Source of the DNA: Thermoplasmata archaeon
GTDB taxonomy: Archaea > Thermoplasmatota > Thermoplasmata > Lutacidiplasmatales > UBA184
Direction: 5' to 3'
Length of the DNA: 64,000 nt
Assembly: GCA_021821785.1 (NCBI GenBank)
Contig: JAKACD010000003.1
Location: 8,462-72,461 of the forward strand
A program made the translations under genes and the position numbers. The notes beneath the pieces were generated by a model. It was not told the DNA's origin. It did no database searches and worked only from the letters and a program-made list of their open reading frames with translations. Every line of letters begins with the position of its first letter. Positions within the stretch are counted from its first letter, which is position 1. Positions 31,551 through 40,234 of the stretch are shown here, piece by piece.

Positions 31551-33182
31551 CTACGGGTCGGGGGGTCGGACGACCGCCATCGGCGGCTCCTCCGGAACCG
31601 CGCGGGGGGCGCGACTCCGGCCCGGGAGGACCTCCTCGCGGCGCCCGTCCGCGAGGAAGCGGAAGTTGCGCAGGCCGAGGGAGAGCAGGAGCCCGAGGAG
31701 GGCCGCGACCGCGGTGATCGCGAAGACGAGCTCGAAGCCGGTAATGGTGTACACGGACAGCGGCTGCGTAGTGAGGCCGCTCGCGCCCTGGACCGGGAGG
31801 TAGATCGTGGTGACGAAGCTCGCGGTGACGGTCGCCACGATCACGGGACCGATCGCGCTGCCGAGGTTCCTGAACGTCTGGTTCATGCCGGTCTGGATAC
31901 CGAGCTCCTTCGGGGGCGAGGAGAGCACGATGATGTTCGACATCGCGATCAGCACCGCGACATTCCCGACGAGCGTCGGGATCGTGAGGAGGAGGAGCTC
32001 CAGGATCGAGCCGTGGAACAGGACGAGCCCGAGCGCCCCGAGGCCCATGATGGCGAACCCCCCGATCATGACCGGCTTCGGCCCGCGGGCGGTGACCCAG
32101 CGGCCCCAGACCGGCGCGAGCACGAGCATGCTGACCGACGAGGGCACGGAGACGAGCCCCATCTGGAACTCGTTGTAGTTGAACCCCGGAGCGAACGGGT
32201 ACTCGACCAGGATCGCCATCGCGATGAAGATCAGGAACATCGCGGTACCCACGATCACGCCGTTCACGTTCGAGATCCAGATGTTCCGTTGCTTCATGGC
32301 CGCGAACGACACGACGGGGAACTTCGCCCGCGGCTCCCAGAAGAGGAAGAAGCCGATGGCGAGGAGCGCGAGGAGGAAGAACTGGGGGACCCCCCAGGGG
32401 ACGCCGGCCAGGGAGACCGCGGACCAGTGGCCCCAGCCCCAGTAGGCCCCCTCGGTGAGGCCGAACATCGTGAACGCGAGGGCGAGTCCGAGGCTCCCGA
32501 TCCCGGGGAGGTCGAACGGATGCGGCGTGAGATGCGGGGACTCGCGCAGGAACAGGTAGGCGAGGACGGCGAGGGTCACCGCGAGCGGAATGACCGTGTG
32601 GTAGGTGAGCTGCCAGCCCCACTCGTAGGCGATGTACCCGCCGCCGACGAGGCCGACCGACGCACCGGCCGCGAACATGCTGCTGATGATCCCCTGCGCC
32701 GGGCCGACCCGCGCCGCGGGGTAGACCTCGGGGATCATCGCGAAGGCGAGCGGGAACATCCCCATCCCGAGGCCTTGGAACGCCCGAATCCCGATCAGCA
32801 CGTAGATCTGGTTCGCGCGGTCGAGGCCGAACGCCGCGCCGATGTTCGGCGCGAACCCCGCGAGGCTCACGGCGACGGCGTAGAGGCTCATGACGAGGAC
32901 GAGGATCCGCTTCTTGCCGTACTTGTCCCCGAGCTTCCCGAAGATCGGGGTCGCGACCGTGCCGACCAGCAGGTACGCCGAGACGATCCAGACGACGGTC
33001 GTGGCGGGCGCGTTGTCAAAGAACGTGACGAACGAGCGGAACGCGGGGATCACCATCGTCTCGACGTAGGTGACCATCGCCGCCATGAGCGTCAGCACGA
33101 CCAGGACCGCCCGCGCGGCCCCGGGATCGAACGGGGTCCCGGCCGCGGTGGTCGCCGTGGAGGGCGTCGGGGCCGCGCTCAC
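31551..33182 (-). CDS. MFS transporter (14-TM DHA2/EmrB-like)
   Basis: GTG at 33182 forms a GTGA overlap with the MarR stop. 543 aa and polytopic, with MFS motifs (GKLGDKYGKKRIL). Confidence 0.85.
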   Translation of the reverse strand: MSAAPTPSTATTAAGTPFDPGAARAVLVVLTLMAAMVTYVETMVIPAFRSFVTFFDNAPATTVVWIVSAYLLVGTVATPIFGKLGDKYGKKRILVLVMSLYAVAVSLAGFAPNIGAAFGLDRANQIYVLIGIRAFQGLGMGMFPLAFAMIPEVYPAARVGPAQGIISSMFAAGASVGLVGGGYIAYEWGWQLTYHTVIPLAVTLAVLAYLFLRESPHLTPHPFDLPGIGSLGLALAFTMFGLTEGAYWGWGHWSAVSLAGVPWGVPQFFLLALLAIGFFLFWEPRAKFPVVSFAAMKQRNIWISNVNGVIVGTAMFLIFIAMAILVEYPFAPGFNYNEFQMGLVSVPSSVSMLVLAPVWGRWVTARGPKPVMIGGFAIMGLGALGLVLFHGSILELLLLTIPTLVGNVAVLIAMSNIIVLSSPPKELGIQTGMNQTFRNLGSAIGPVIVATVTASFVTTIYLPVQGASGLTTQPLSVYTITGFELVFAITAVAALLGLLLSLGLRNFRFLADGRREEVLPGRSRAPRAVPEEPPMAVVRPPDP

Positions 33183-33655
33183 GGTCGGCCCTCCGGTGCC
33201 GCGCCGGTCGTCTCGTGGCTCAGGTGCGTCGCGAGCGTGCGCAGGGTCCGGGCGGTCACCGCGACATCCTCGGGGGGGAGGGTGGCGAGCGCGCTGTCGA
33301 GCGATGAGTCGAAGCGCCGCCAGACCGCGGCGAGGGTCCGCTTTCCCTTCGGGGTCACGGTGAGCACGATCTGGCGACGGTCCAAATCGGACGGGTGACG
33401 GGCGACCAGGCCGAGCGCGACCAGCTGATCGACCGACCAGGTGCACGCCGCGGCGGTGATCCCGAGCCGACGGGCGAGATCTCTGGGATGCTTGACGCCG
33501 CTCCACTCGAGGTGATGGAGATGCCAGAACGTCGGCGCGTTCAGCCCTTCGGAGACCGCCTGGGGCATGAGCCGGGCGACCACGGTGTGCGAGACGTCGC
33601 GGATCGCCTCGAGCAGCTCGGCCTCGGACGTCGATCGGTCGGTACGGGGCCCCAT
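33179..33655 (-). CDS. MarR family transcriptional regulator
   Basis: ATG at 33655, 158 aa. The wHTH is PRDLARRLGITAAACTWSVDQLVALGLVARHPSDLDRRQIVLTVTPKG. Confidence 0.85.
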   Translation of the reverse strand: MGPRTDRSTSEAELLEAIRDVSHTVVARLMPQAVSEGLNAPTFWHLHHLEWSGVKHPRDLARRLGITAAACTWSVDQLVALGLVARHPSDLDRRQIVLTVTPKGKRTLAAVWRRFDSSLDSALATLPPEDVAVTARTLRTLATHLSHETTGAAPEGRP

Positions 33656-33664
33656 CGGGGCGGG

Positions 33665-33705
33665 CGAATTCGTTAGACTATTTAACAATATAATTATCGA
33701 ATTAC
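33665..33705 (-). promoter_or_regulatory. AT-rich promoter with flanking inverted repeat (candidate MarR operator)
   Basis: The most AT-rich stretch I noticed by eye: gaattcgttagactatttaacaatataattatcgaatta. AATTCG (33666-33671) and CGAATT (33697-33702) form a perfect 6-bp inverted repeat bracketing TATA-like TTAAATA/ATAATTATA. It lies ~22 nt upstream of the marR ATG. Confidence 0.5.
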
Positions 33706-33726
33706 ATCCCCAGGACGATGCCGGAC

Positions 33727-34119
33727 TCACGCCAGGGCGTACCGGGCCAGCTCGACCAGGTCCCGCAGGGTCGGTCCGCCGGGTGCGGTCGGGGGGGCGC
33801 CCCACGTCGCCGCGAGGGCGCCCTGCGGGAACCGGGGAGCCGCGCCGGCCTCATGGGCTTCCAGGCTCGGGAGCGCGCCCCGCCGATCGGCCTCGAGCAG
33901 GATCACGAGCGCCCCCACCGGGCCGGAATCGACCTCCACTCCGCCCCCGGGCGTTCGTCCCCACGCCTCGATGCGGGCCTCCTCGTCGTGAAGGTGAGCG
34001 ATCCGCGCCCGCCGGCCCCGGGGCCCCTTCGTGGGGGCCGGCCGCCAGGCGATGGCCGCGCCCGCGGCCCGGAACCGTGCGAGCAGCCCGGCGTCGATGG
34101 AGAGCGGGCCCGCGCTCAT
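33727..34119 (-). CDS. hypothetical protein (130 aa)
   Basis: ATG at 34119 forms an ATGA overlap with the stop of the DUF2400 gene. No recognisable motif. Confidence 0.4.
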   Translation of the reverse strand: MSAGPLSIDAGLLARFRAAGAAIAWRPAPTKGPRGRRARIAHLHDEEARIEAWGRTPGGGVEVDSGPVGALVILLEADRRGALPSLEAHEAGAAPRFPQGALAATWGAPPTAPGGPTLRDLVELARYALA

Positions 34120-34985
34120 TCGGCGACCCCCCGACCCCGCCAGAGACGGCAGTCCGGGCGGACCGAGCAGGGGCCGCAAACGGCGAGGTCCCGGTGCTTT
34201 GGGCAGTCCCCCGAGATCCCGGTGTGGCAGAGGACGAAATCGTACTTCACGGGATCGATCGGGTCGATCCGTCGGAGCGCTTCGCTGACCTCCTCGACCG
34301 CCGCCCATGAGCGGGTACGTCGCGCCGTGAGCCCCAGGTGGTACGCGATCCAGTGGACGTGCTGGTCGAGCGGGATGCGAAGGCTGCCGGTCGGCACCCT
34401 TGGCCAGACCCCGAAGTCCGGGTACCCCGTGCGCACCATCCAGCGAACGAAGAGGGTGAGCCGTTTGCACGGGCTCCCCGCCGCGTCGAGCGGGCTCGGG
34501 AAGAGGGTCCGGTATCCCCGCGGCGCCCGGCTCGGTCCGCGGAGCGTGCGGGCCAACGCATCGAGCCCGGCGGCGAAGCCGCCCCCCTCCGAGCCGGAGA
34601 GGAATGCCGCCTCGAGCGAGGGGTGCGTCGCGTAGTAGTCGCTCAGCACCCCGGCGAGGTGGTCGAGCTGGTCGCCCCGGATCCAGCGGTGACGGAAGCC
34701 GGCAAGGCGCCGCGTCCGCTCCCGCGCGAAGGCCGGGTCGACCAGGCGCGCCAGGTCCCCCTCGGCGATCTCCGCCAGCCGGGCGATCGCTCCGCGGATC
34801 GCCGTGGTGTTCCCAATGGCGAGCGTCGAGCCGAAGACGCCGGCGATCTCCGCCCGCCGGGCGTCCGGCCCGAGCGGCCGCAGCACCGAGATCGGGTCGT
34901 CGGCCAGCGACCGGTCGAACGGGAAGCTGGCGTAGAGCCGGGCGAGATGCTGGGGGAACTCGGGGCTGGGCCGGTGGGCACGCAC
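34116..34985 (-). CDS. DUF2400/TIGR02757 family protein (HhH-GPD glycosylase-like fold with a C-terminal Cys cluster)
   Basis: 289 aa. KRLTLFVRWMVR...DFGVW...LRIPLDQHV...DPVKYDFVLCHTGISGDCP...CGPCSVRPDC resembles the family pattern as I recall it. Confidence 0.6.
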   Translation of the reverse strand: MRAHRPSPEFPQHLARLYASFPFDRSLADDPISVLRPLGPDARRAEIAGVFGSTLAIGNTTAIRGAIARLAEIAEGDLARLVDPAFARERTRRLAGFRHRWIRGDQLDHLAGVLSDYYATHPSLEAAFLSGSEGGGFAAGLDALARTLRGPSRAPRGYRTLFPSPLDAAGSPCKRLTLFVRWMVRTGYPDFGVWPRVPTGSLRIPLDQHVHWIAYHLGLTARRTRSWAAVEEVSEALRRIDPIDPVKYDFVLCHTGISGDCPKHRDLAVCGPCSVRPDCRLWRGRGVAE

Positions 34986-35071
34986 GCCCGCGCGACGACC
35001 GGCCAGAATTTACGCTTGTGTTCGGGGAAGGGGGCCGCGCAGTCTAACTAGTTTCGCGACCTCCCCCGGCC

Positions 35072-35869
35072 ATGACCGGTGCCCCGGTCGAGGTCCGGCC
35101 CACGGTGGACCGGGCCTGGCTCGAGCGGGCCGCGGCGGAGGAGCCGATCGCCCATGCCTTCGCCCTGTGGGACCTCGATCGGAACCCGGGCCGCATCCGG
35201 TTCTTCTCGGCCGTCCAGGGAGAGTCGACGATCGGCTATCTCCTGGTCTGGCTCGGCCATCCGGTCGCGCCAATCGTACACTGGTTCGGCCACGGGACCG
35301 CGGCGCGGGCGCTCGCCTCCGTGCTCCCGGAACGGCCCGCGGTCGCGATCGTTCCCGAGGAGGCGGCCGCGACCGTCGAGGCGGCGCGGGGCCCGGGGTC
35401 CCGGTACCCGCTCTTGGTCCTGGCCCGGGAAGCGACCGTCCCGGTCGCGCCGCCGGCCCGAGCCGGCCACGTGCGGCCGCTCTCACGGGACGACCTTCCG
35501 GCGCTCGCGGCCTGGGCGCGTCGCCTGAGCGACCCGGTCGTCGCGGAGTATCCGTTCCTCGACCCCGAGGCCGAACTCGTCTGGGGCGCGTTCGAGCGGA
35601 GGCACCTCCTCGGGGCGGTACGCGCCGAGGTCCGCTTGCCCCGCGTCTGGATCCTCGGCGGGGTCTATGTCCACGAGGACTACCGTGGTCAGGGGTGGGG
35701 CCGCGAGCTCCTCGGCGCGGCGCTCCGGGCCGCGAGCGCCGCCGGTGCCCGGGTCGCGCTGTACGTTCGGGAGGACCGGGTGGCGGCCCGGGCGCTCTAC
35801 GAACGGCTCGACTTCCGACCGGTCGACCGCCGCCTTTGGCTCGATCTCGGGTCGGGCCTCAGCCCGTGA
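35072..35869 (+). CDS. GNAT family N-acetyltransferase
   Basis: The C-terminal half VYVHEDYRGQGWGRELLGAALRAA...ARALYERLDF is a GNAT acetyl-CoA binding motif. Confidence 0.7.
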   Translation: MTGAPVEVRPTVDRAWLERAAAEEPIAHAFALWDLDRNPGRIRFFSAVQGESTIGYLLVWLGHPVAPIVHWFGHGTAARALASVLPERPAVAIVPEEAAATVEAARGPGSRYPLLVLAREATVPVAPPARAGHVRPLSRDDLPALAAWARRLSDPVVAEYPFLDPEAELVWGAFERRHLLGAVRAEVRLPRVWILGGVYVHEDYRGQGWGRELLGAALRAASAAGARVALYVREDRVAARALYERLDFRPVDRRLWLDLGSGLSP

Positions 35870-35922
35870 CCCATCCCAACGCGTAAGACGCTCTGGGACC
35901 GTCCTCGTCGGGCAGGACCACC

Positions 35923-37572
35923 GTGCCGTCCAACGCCGAGGCCGCGGAGATCTTCCGAAACATCGCCGACCTCCTGGACGTGCTCGGCGAACGGTTCAAG
36001 CCCGAGGCGTACCGTCGGGCCGCGCGCTCGATCGAGACGCTTGCCGAGGACCTCGGAGCCGTCGCGGCGCGGAACGAGCTCGGCTCGATCCCGGGGGTCG
36101 GCGAGGCGATCGGGGAGAAGATCCGCGAGTACCTCGCGACCGGCACGGTCCATTACTACGAGCGGCTGAAGCGCGAGGTCCCTCCCGGCGTCGTCGAGCT
36201 CCTGCGACTGCCCGGCCTCGGGCCGAAGACCGCCCGCCGCTTCTGGGTCGAGCTCGGCATCGAGGGCCCCGCGGAGCTCGCCACCGCGATCGAGGCCGGT
36301 CGGCTCACCGGGGTCAAGGGGTTCGGCGAGAAGAAGATCGACCAGATCCGTTTGGCGCTCGCCGCCGCCCGGGCGGCGCCCCGCTCGGGCCACGATCGGG
36401 CCGCGATCGAGTCGGTCTACCCGGTCGCGGAGCGGATCGTGCAGGCCCTCCGGGCCGTCCCCGGGACCGAACGAGCCGAGGCCGCCGGGAGCTTCCGACG
36501 CTGCCGGGAGTCGGTGGGCGACCTCGATATCCTCGTCACCTCGACGGCGCCCGAGAAGGTCTTCGACGCCTTCACCGCGCTCCCCGACGTACGCGAGGTG
36601 CGGGTCCGGGGCCCGACGAAAGAGACCGTGGTGCTCGCGAGCGGGCTCCAGGTCGACCTACGGGTCGTCGAGCCTGCCGCGTTCGGCGCGGCCCTCCAGT
36701 ATTTCACGGGCTCGAAGGACCACAACGTCCACCTTCGCTCGATCGCCCGGGCCCGCGGGCTCAAGGTGAACGAGTACGGTGTCTTCCGCGACGACGAGCG
36801 CGTCGCCGGCCGTACCGAGGAGGAGGTCTACGGGGCCCTCGGGCTTGCCTGGATCCCCCCCGAACTGCGCGAGGACCTCGGTGAGATCGAGCTCGCCGCG
36901 CGGGGGCCGCTCCCCCCGCTCGTCGCGCAGGAGGACCTCGTGGCGGAGTTCCACGTCCACCTCCCGCCCACGGCGTCGCCCTCCGACATCGATCGGCTTG
37001 TCGCGGAGGCCCGTTCCCGACGGCTCTCGTTCCTGGGCGTCGTCGTCGGTGAGGTCGATGCCGACGGCCACGCGCGGAGCCTGCCACCGAGCACGGTCCG
37101 TCGCCTCGGAGCCGCGGCCGTCGAGGGACTGACGGTCGCGCGCGCGATCGAGACGGGCCTCGGCCCCCGGCCCGAGCCGTTCGGCCGGCTCGCGGCCGAC
37201 TATCGCATCCTGCGCCCGACGCGCTCGGAGCCGGCGGCGTTCGCTCCCCCGACGGACCGGCCGGAGCCCCTAGTCATCGCCCACCTCGGCGCCGAGGGGA
37301 CCGCGCCCGAGACCGTCCGCCGCTGGATCGACCTCGCGCGCAGGGCGAGCGCCTCCGTGGAGGTCGGGCCCGGACCCGAGCGACTCGACTCGACGTGGGC
37401 CCGGATCGCGCGGGAGTCCGGGGTGCGGCTCGCCCTTCCGTCCGGGCTCGGCCTACCGCCCGAGGACCCGACGGTCGCGATCGCGCTGGGCTTCGCCCGA
37501 CGCGCCGGCGCGGGCGCCTCCGCGATCCTCCAGAAAAGGTCGCTTTCGGCCCGGTCGCGTTCCGGCACCTAA
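35923..37572 (+). CDS. polX: family X DNA polymerase (PolX) with a degenerate C-terminal PHP domain
   Basis: Features are HhH motifs (IPGVGEAIGEKI, LPGLGPKTARRF), the catalytic GSFRRCRESVGDLDILV and QVDLRVV. The C-terminal domain keeps FHVHL but lacks the TDH and DAH motifs. Confidence 0.9.
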   Translation: MPSNAEAAEIFRNIADLLDVLGERFKPEAYRRAARSIETLAEDLGAVAARNELGSIPGVGEAIGEKIREYLATGTVHYYERLKREVPPGVVELLRLPGLGPKTARRFWVELGIEGPAELATAIEAGRLTGVKGFGEKKIDQIRLALAAARAAPRSGHDRAAIESVYPVAERIVQALRAVPGTERAEAAGSFRRCRESVGDLDILVTSTAPEKVFDAFTALPDVREVRVRGPTKETVVLASGLQVDLRVVEPAAFGAALQYFTGSKDHNVHLRSIARARGLKVNEYGVFRDDERVAGRTEEEVYGALGLAWIPPELREDLGEIELAARGPLPPLVAQEDLVAEFHVHLPPTASPSDIDRLVAEARSRRLSFLGVVVGEVDADGHARSLPPSTVRRLGAAAVEGLTVARAIETGLGPRPEPFGRLAADYRILRPTRSEPAAFAPPTDRPEPLVIAHLGAEGTAPETVRRWIDLARRASASVEVGPGPERLDSTWARIARESGVRLALPSGLGLPPEDPTVAIALGFARRAGAGASAILQKRSLSARSRSGT

Positions 37573-37922
37573 AGGCTCGGGGGGGTTCCCCCGGGAGCAC
37601 TGGAGCGGCCGCCCGAGATCGACACGTCCGGAACGGCGCCGTGCGCAAGGCAGCTCGCGCATTGGTGCACCGCCGGTGTCAGGCCGTGGTGCCAGTAGCA
37701 GTCGACGCAGAGCGGACGGCCACACCCCCAGCAGAGCGGAGGCGGACCCGCCCGGGAGGCGATCGGGGTCGAGCAGCTCGCGCAGGCCAGGGATCCCTTC
37801 GCCGGGTGCGCGCGGAACGCCGGTGGCTCGGGCCAAGGGGAGATGGGCGGGACCGGTTCCCCCAGCAAGGGGGCGCCGGACGGGGGTGCGGGCTGGGGAC
37901 GGCGATCGCGGGACGGCTCCAT
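37569..37922 (-). CDS. small cysteine-rich zinc-binding protein (four CxxC)
   Basis: The motifs CASC...CWGC..PLCVDCYWHH...HQCASCLAH give four CxxC pairs in ~55 aa. The gene is convergent with polX and overlaps its stop by 4 nt. Confidence 0.5.
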   Translation of the reverse strand: MEPSRDRRPQPAPPSGAPLLGEPVPPISPWPEPPAFRAHPAKGSLACASCSTPIASRAGPPPLCWGCGRPLCVDCYWHHGLTPAVHQCASCLAHGAVPDVSISGGRSSAPGGTPPSL

Positions 37923-38097
37923 TCGTCGGTGCGACGACCCGGACGTTCTTTACCCCTCGGTTCCACCCCCTCCCTGCGCGTGGACCCGGAAGTTCATCTA
38001 CCGCGCCGGTCGAGGTCTCTTCGTGTCGGACGGCCGGGCCTACTATCCACGGGCGTACGTGCGGCCGGCCCCGTCCCGACCGGACCGGGAGAGCTCA

Positions 38098-38394
38098 ATG
38101 GAGTCCCGGCGGTCGAACGCCGCCATCCCGGTCGCGGTCGGCGTCGTGCTCCTCGGCCTCTATCTCGGCCAGTACTCGCTCCTCGCCCCGGGCAGCCTCG
38201 GCTTCCTCCTCGTCTTCTCGGGGCTCTCGTTCCTCTCGACGCGGATCAACCCCCTGAGCCCGCACTTCTACCTCACCCGCAAGCCGTCCTGGCTCGCGAC
38301 GGGGGTCGTCTTCCTCGGCGGGCTCATCCTGGTCTACGACGCCTACGTCCTCTTCGTCCACCAGTTCGGCTCGGTCACTCTGCCCCGCCTTTGA
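38098..38394 (+). CDS. small membrane protein (three TM)
   Basis: Internal ATG at 38098: MESRRSNAAIPVAVGVVLLGLYLGQYSLLAPGSLGFLLVFSGLSFL...WLATGVVFLGGLILVYDAYVLFV. Confidence 0.5.
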   Translation: MESRRSNAAIPVAVGVVLLGLYLGQYSLLAPGSLGFLLVFSGLSFLSTRINPLSPHFYLTRKPSWLATGVVFLGGLILVYDAYVLFVHQFGSVTLPRL

Positions 38395-38421
38395 GGGGGG
38401 CCGCGGCCGGGGCCGATCGGC

Positions 38422-39327
38422 CTAGGCCGCGACCATCCGCTCGAGCGCGCGACGGGCCTTCTCCGCGACCTCGGGCGCGACATCGATCCGGTAGCGGAGC
38501 TCCCGGAGGGAGTCCCGGATGTCCTCGAGCGTGATCTCCTTCATGTACGGGCAGACGGCCCCCGCATCGATGGGCGAGAAGTGGGTCGTCGGGTTCAGCT
38601 TGGCCATGCGGTGGAGGATGCCGACCTCGGTCGCCACGAGGACCTCCGGCGCCCGGGTCTCTTCGGCGTAGCGGAGCATCCCGTCGGTCGACAGGACCTG
38701 GTCGACCTGGGGGAGCACCTGGCTCGCGCACCCGCACTCCGGGTGGGCGATCACCGGCGCCCCCGGATGGTCGGCCCGGGAGTGCGCCAGGGTCTCGGGC
38801 CGCAGCTTCGCGTGGACCGGACAGTCGCCGACCCACAGGTGCATGGCCCGGCCGGTCCGGCGCCGCACGTAGTCCCCGAGGAACATGTCGGGGAGGAAGA
38901 GGATCTCCCGGTCCTTCGGGATCTGCTCGACGATCTTGACCGCGTTCGAGCTCGTGCAGCAGTAGTCGGCCTCCGCCTTCACCTCGGCGGAGGTGTTGAT
39001 GTAGGCGACCACGACCGCGCCGGGGTGCTCGGCCTTCCAGGCTCGGAGCTGTTCGACGGTGATCGCGTCGGCGAGGGCGCACCCGGCCTTCAGATCCGGC
39101 AAGAGCACCGTGCGCGACGGGTTCAGGATCTTCGCGGTCTCCGCCATGAAGCGCACGCCGGCGAAGACGATCACCGAGCGGTCGGACTCCATCGCCTTCC
39201 GCGAGAGATAGAGCGAATCCCCGACGTAGTCCGCGAGGTCCTGGATCTCGCCCCGCTGGTAGTTGTGCGCGAGGAGGACGGCGTCCCGTTCCTCCCTGAG
39301 CTGTCGAATCTCGGACTCGAGCGACAT
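38422..39327 (-). CDS. nadA: quinolinate synthase
   Basis: 301 aa with AHNYQ, GDSL and VRFMAETAKILNP, the typical NadA pattern. Confidence 0.92.
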   Translation of the reverse strand: MSLESEIRQLREERDAVLLAHNYQRGEIQDLADYVGDSLYLSRKAMESDRSVIVFAGVRFMAETAKILNPSRTVLLPDLKAGCALADAITVEQLRAWKAEHPGAVVVAYINTSAEVKAEADYCCTSSNAVKIVEQIPKDREILFLPDMFLGDYVRRRTGRAMHLWVGDCPVHAKLRPETLAHSRADHPGAPVIAHPECGCASQVLPQVDQVLSTDGMLRYAEETRAPEVLVATEVGILHRMAKLNPTTHFSPIDAGAVCPYMKEITLEDIRDSLRELRYRIDVAPEVAEKARRALERMVAA

Positions 39328-39352
39328 CGCCGGCGCCCCCTCGCCGAAGGTT

Positions 39353-40234
39353 CTAGTCGGCGCGGTGACTTAAGCGAGCGGGGCGGAGCGTGAGGTGGAA
39401 CGGCATCGCCGCCGCCGAGTGGGTAAGGGCGCCGAGGCTCGCCGCGTCGGCCCCGACGGACCGGTAGCGCGCGATCGTCTCGGGGGTGATCCCGCCCGAG
39501 AGTTCGAGGAAGCGACCCCGGCGCAGCCCGGCCCGTTCGAGCGCCCGCACGATCGCGCGGGCCCGGGCGGGGGAGGCGTTGTCGATCAGGAGGTCCCGGA
39601 TGCCCGCCCGCGCCGCCCGCAGCGCCTCCCGGCCCGTGCGCACCTCGACCTGGACCCGCTCGCCCGGCCGAGCGCCGGCCCGGGCGCGCTCGATCGCGGT
39701 CTCGAGCGGTACAAAGACGAGATGGTTGTTCTTCACGAGGATCGCGTCGGAGAGGTCCCGCCGGTGCGGTCGGCCCCCGCCGTGCACGACCGCGGCCTTC
39801 TCGAGGTCGCGGAGCCCGGGGAGCGTCTTGCGGGTGGCATAGACCGCGAGGCGCGGCCGTCCCCCGTCCGTCGCCCGGACCGCACGGTCGGTCGCGGTCG
39901 CGATGCCGCTCGCATGCATCAGGAAATTGAGCAGGGTCCGCTCGATGCCGAGGATCCGTCGCGCATCGCCCCCGAGCCGCGCGACCACGGTGCCCGGCCG
40001 GATCCGGCTCCCGTCCGCGCGGGCGGAGCGTACCTGTAGGCCGGCCGCCCGCGCGAGGGCGCGGACCGCCGCCATCCCCGAGAGCACCCCGGAGGCCTGG
40101 GCCGAGACGACGGCCTCGGCCGCGAGCGCGCGGGGGAACAGGAGGTGGGTCGTCCGGTCGTTCCGGACGCGGTCCTCCGCGAGCGCCCGCCGCACGAGGG
40201 CGTCGACGCCCGGGATCCCGCCCTCAGCGGGCAC
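39353..40234 (-). CDS. nadC: nicotinate-nucleotide pyrophosphorylase (quinolinate phosphoribosyltransferase)
   Basis: 293 aa with ERTLLNFLMHASGIAT, TRKTLPGLR, ILVKNNH and ELSGGIT. Confidence 0.9.
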   Translation of the reverse strand: MPAEGGIPGVDALVRRALAEDRVRNDRTTHLLFPRALAAEAVVSAQASGVLSGMAAVRALARAAGLQVRSARADGSRIRPGTVVARLGGDARRILGIERTLLNFLMHASGIATATDRAVRATDGGRPRLAVYATRKTLPGLRDLEKAAVVHGGGRPHRRDLSDAILVKNNHLVFVPLETAIERARAGARPGERVQVEVRTGREALRAARAGIRDLLIDNASPARARAIVRALERAGLRRGRFLELSGGITPETIARYRSVGADAASLGALTHSAAAMPFHLTLRPARLSHRAD

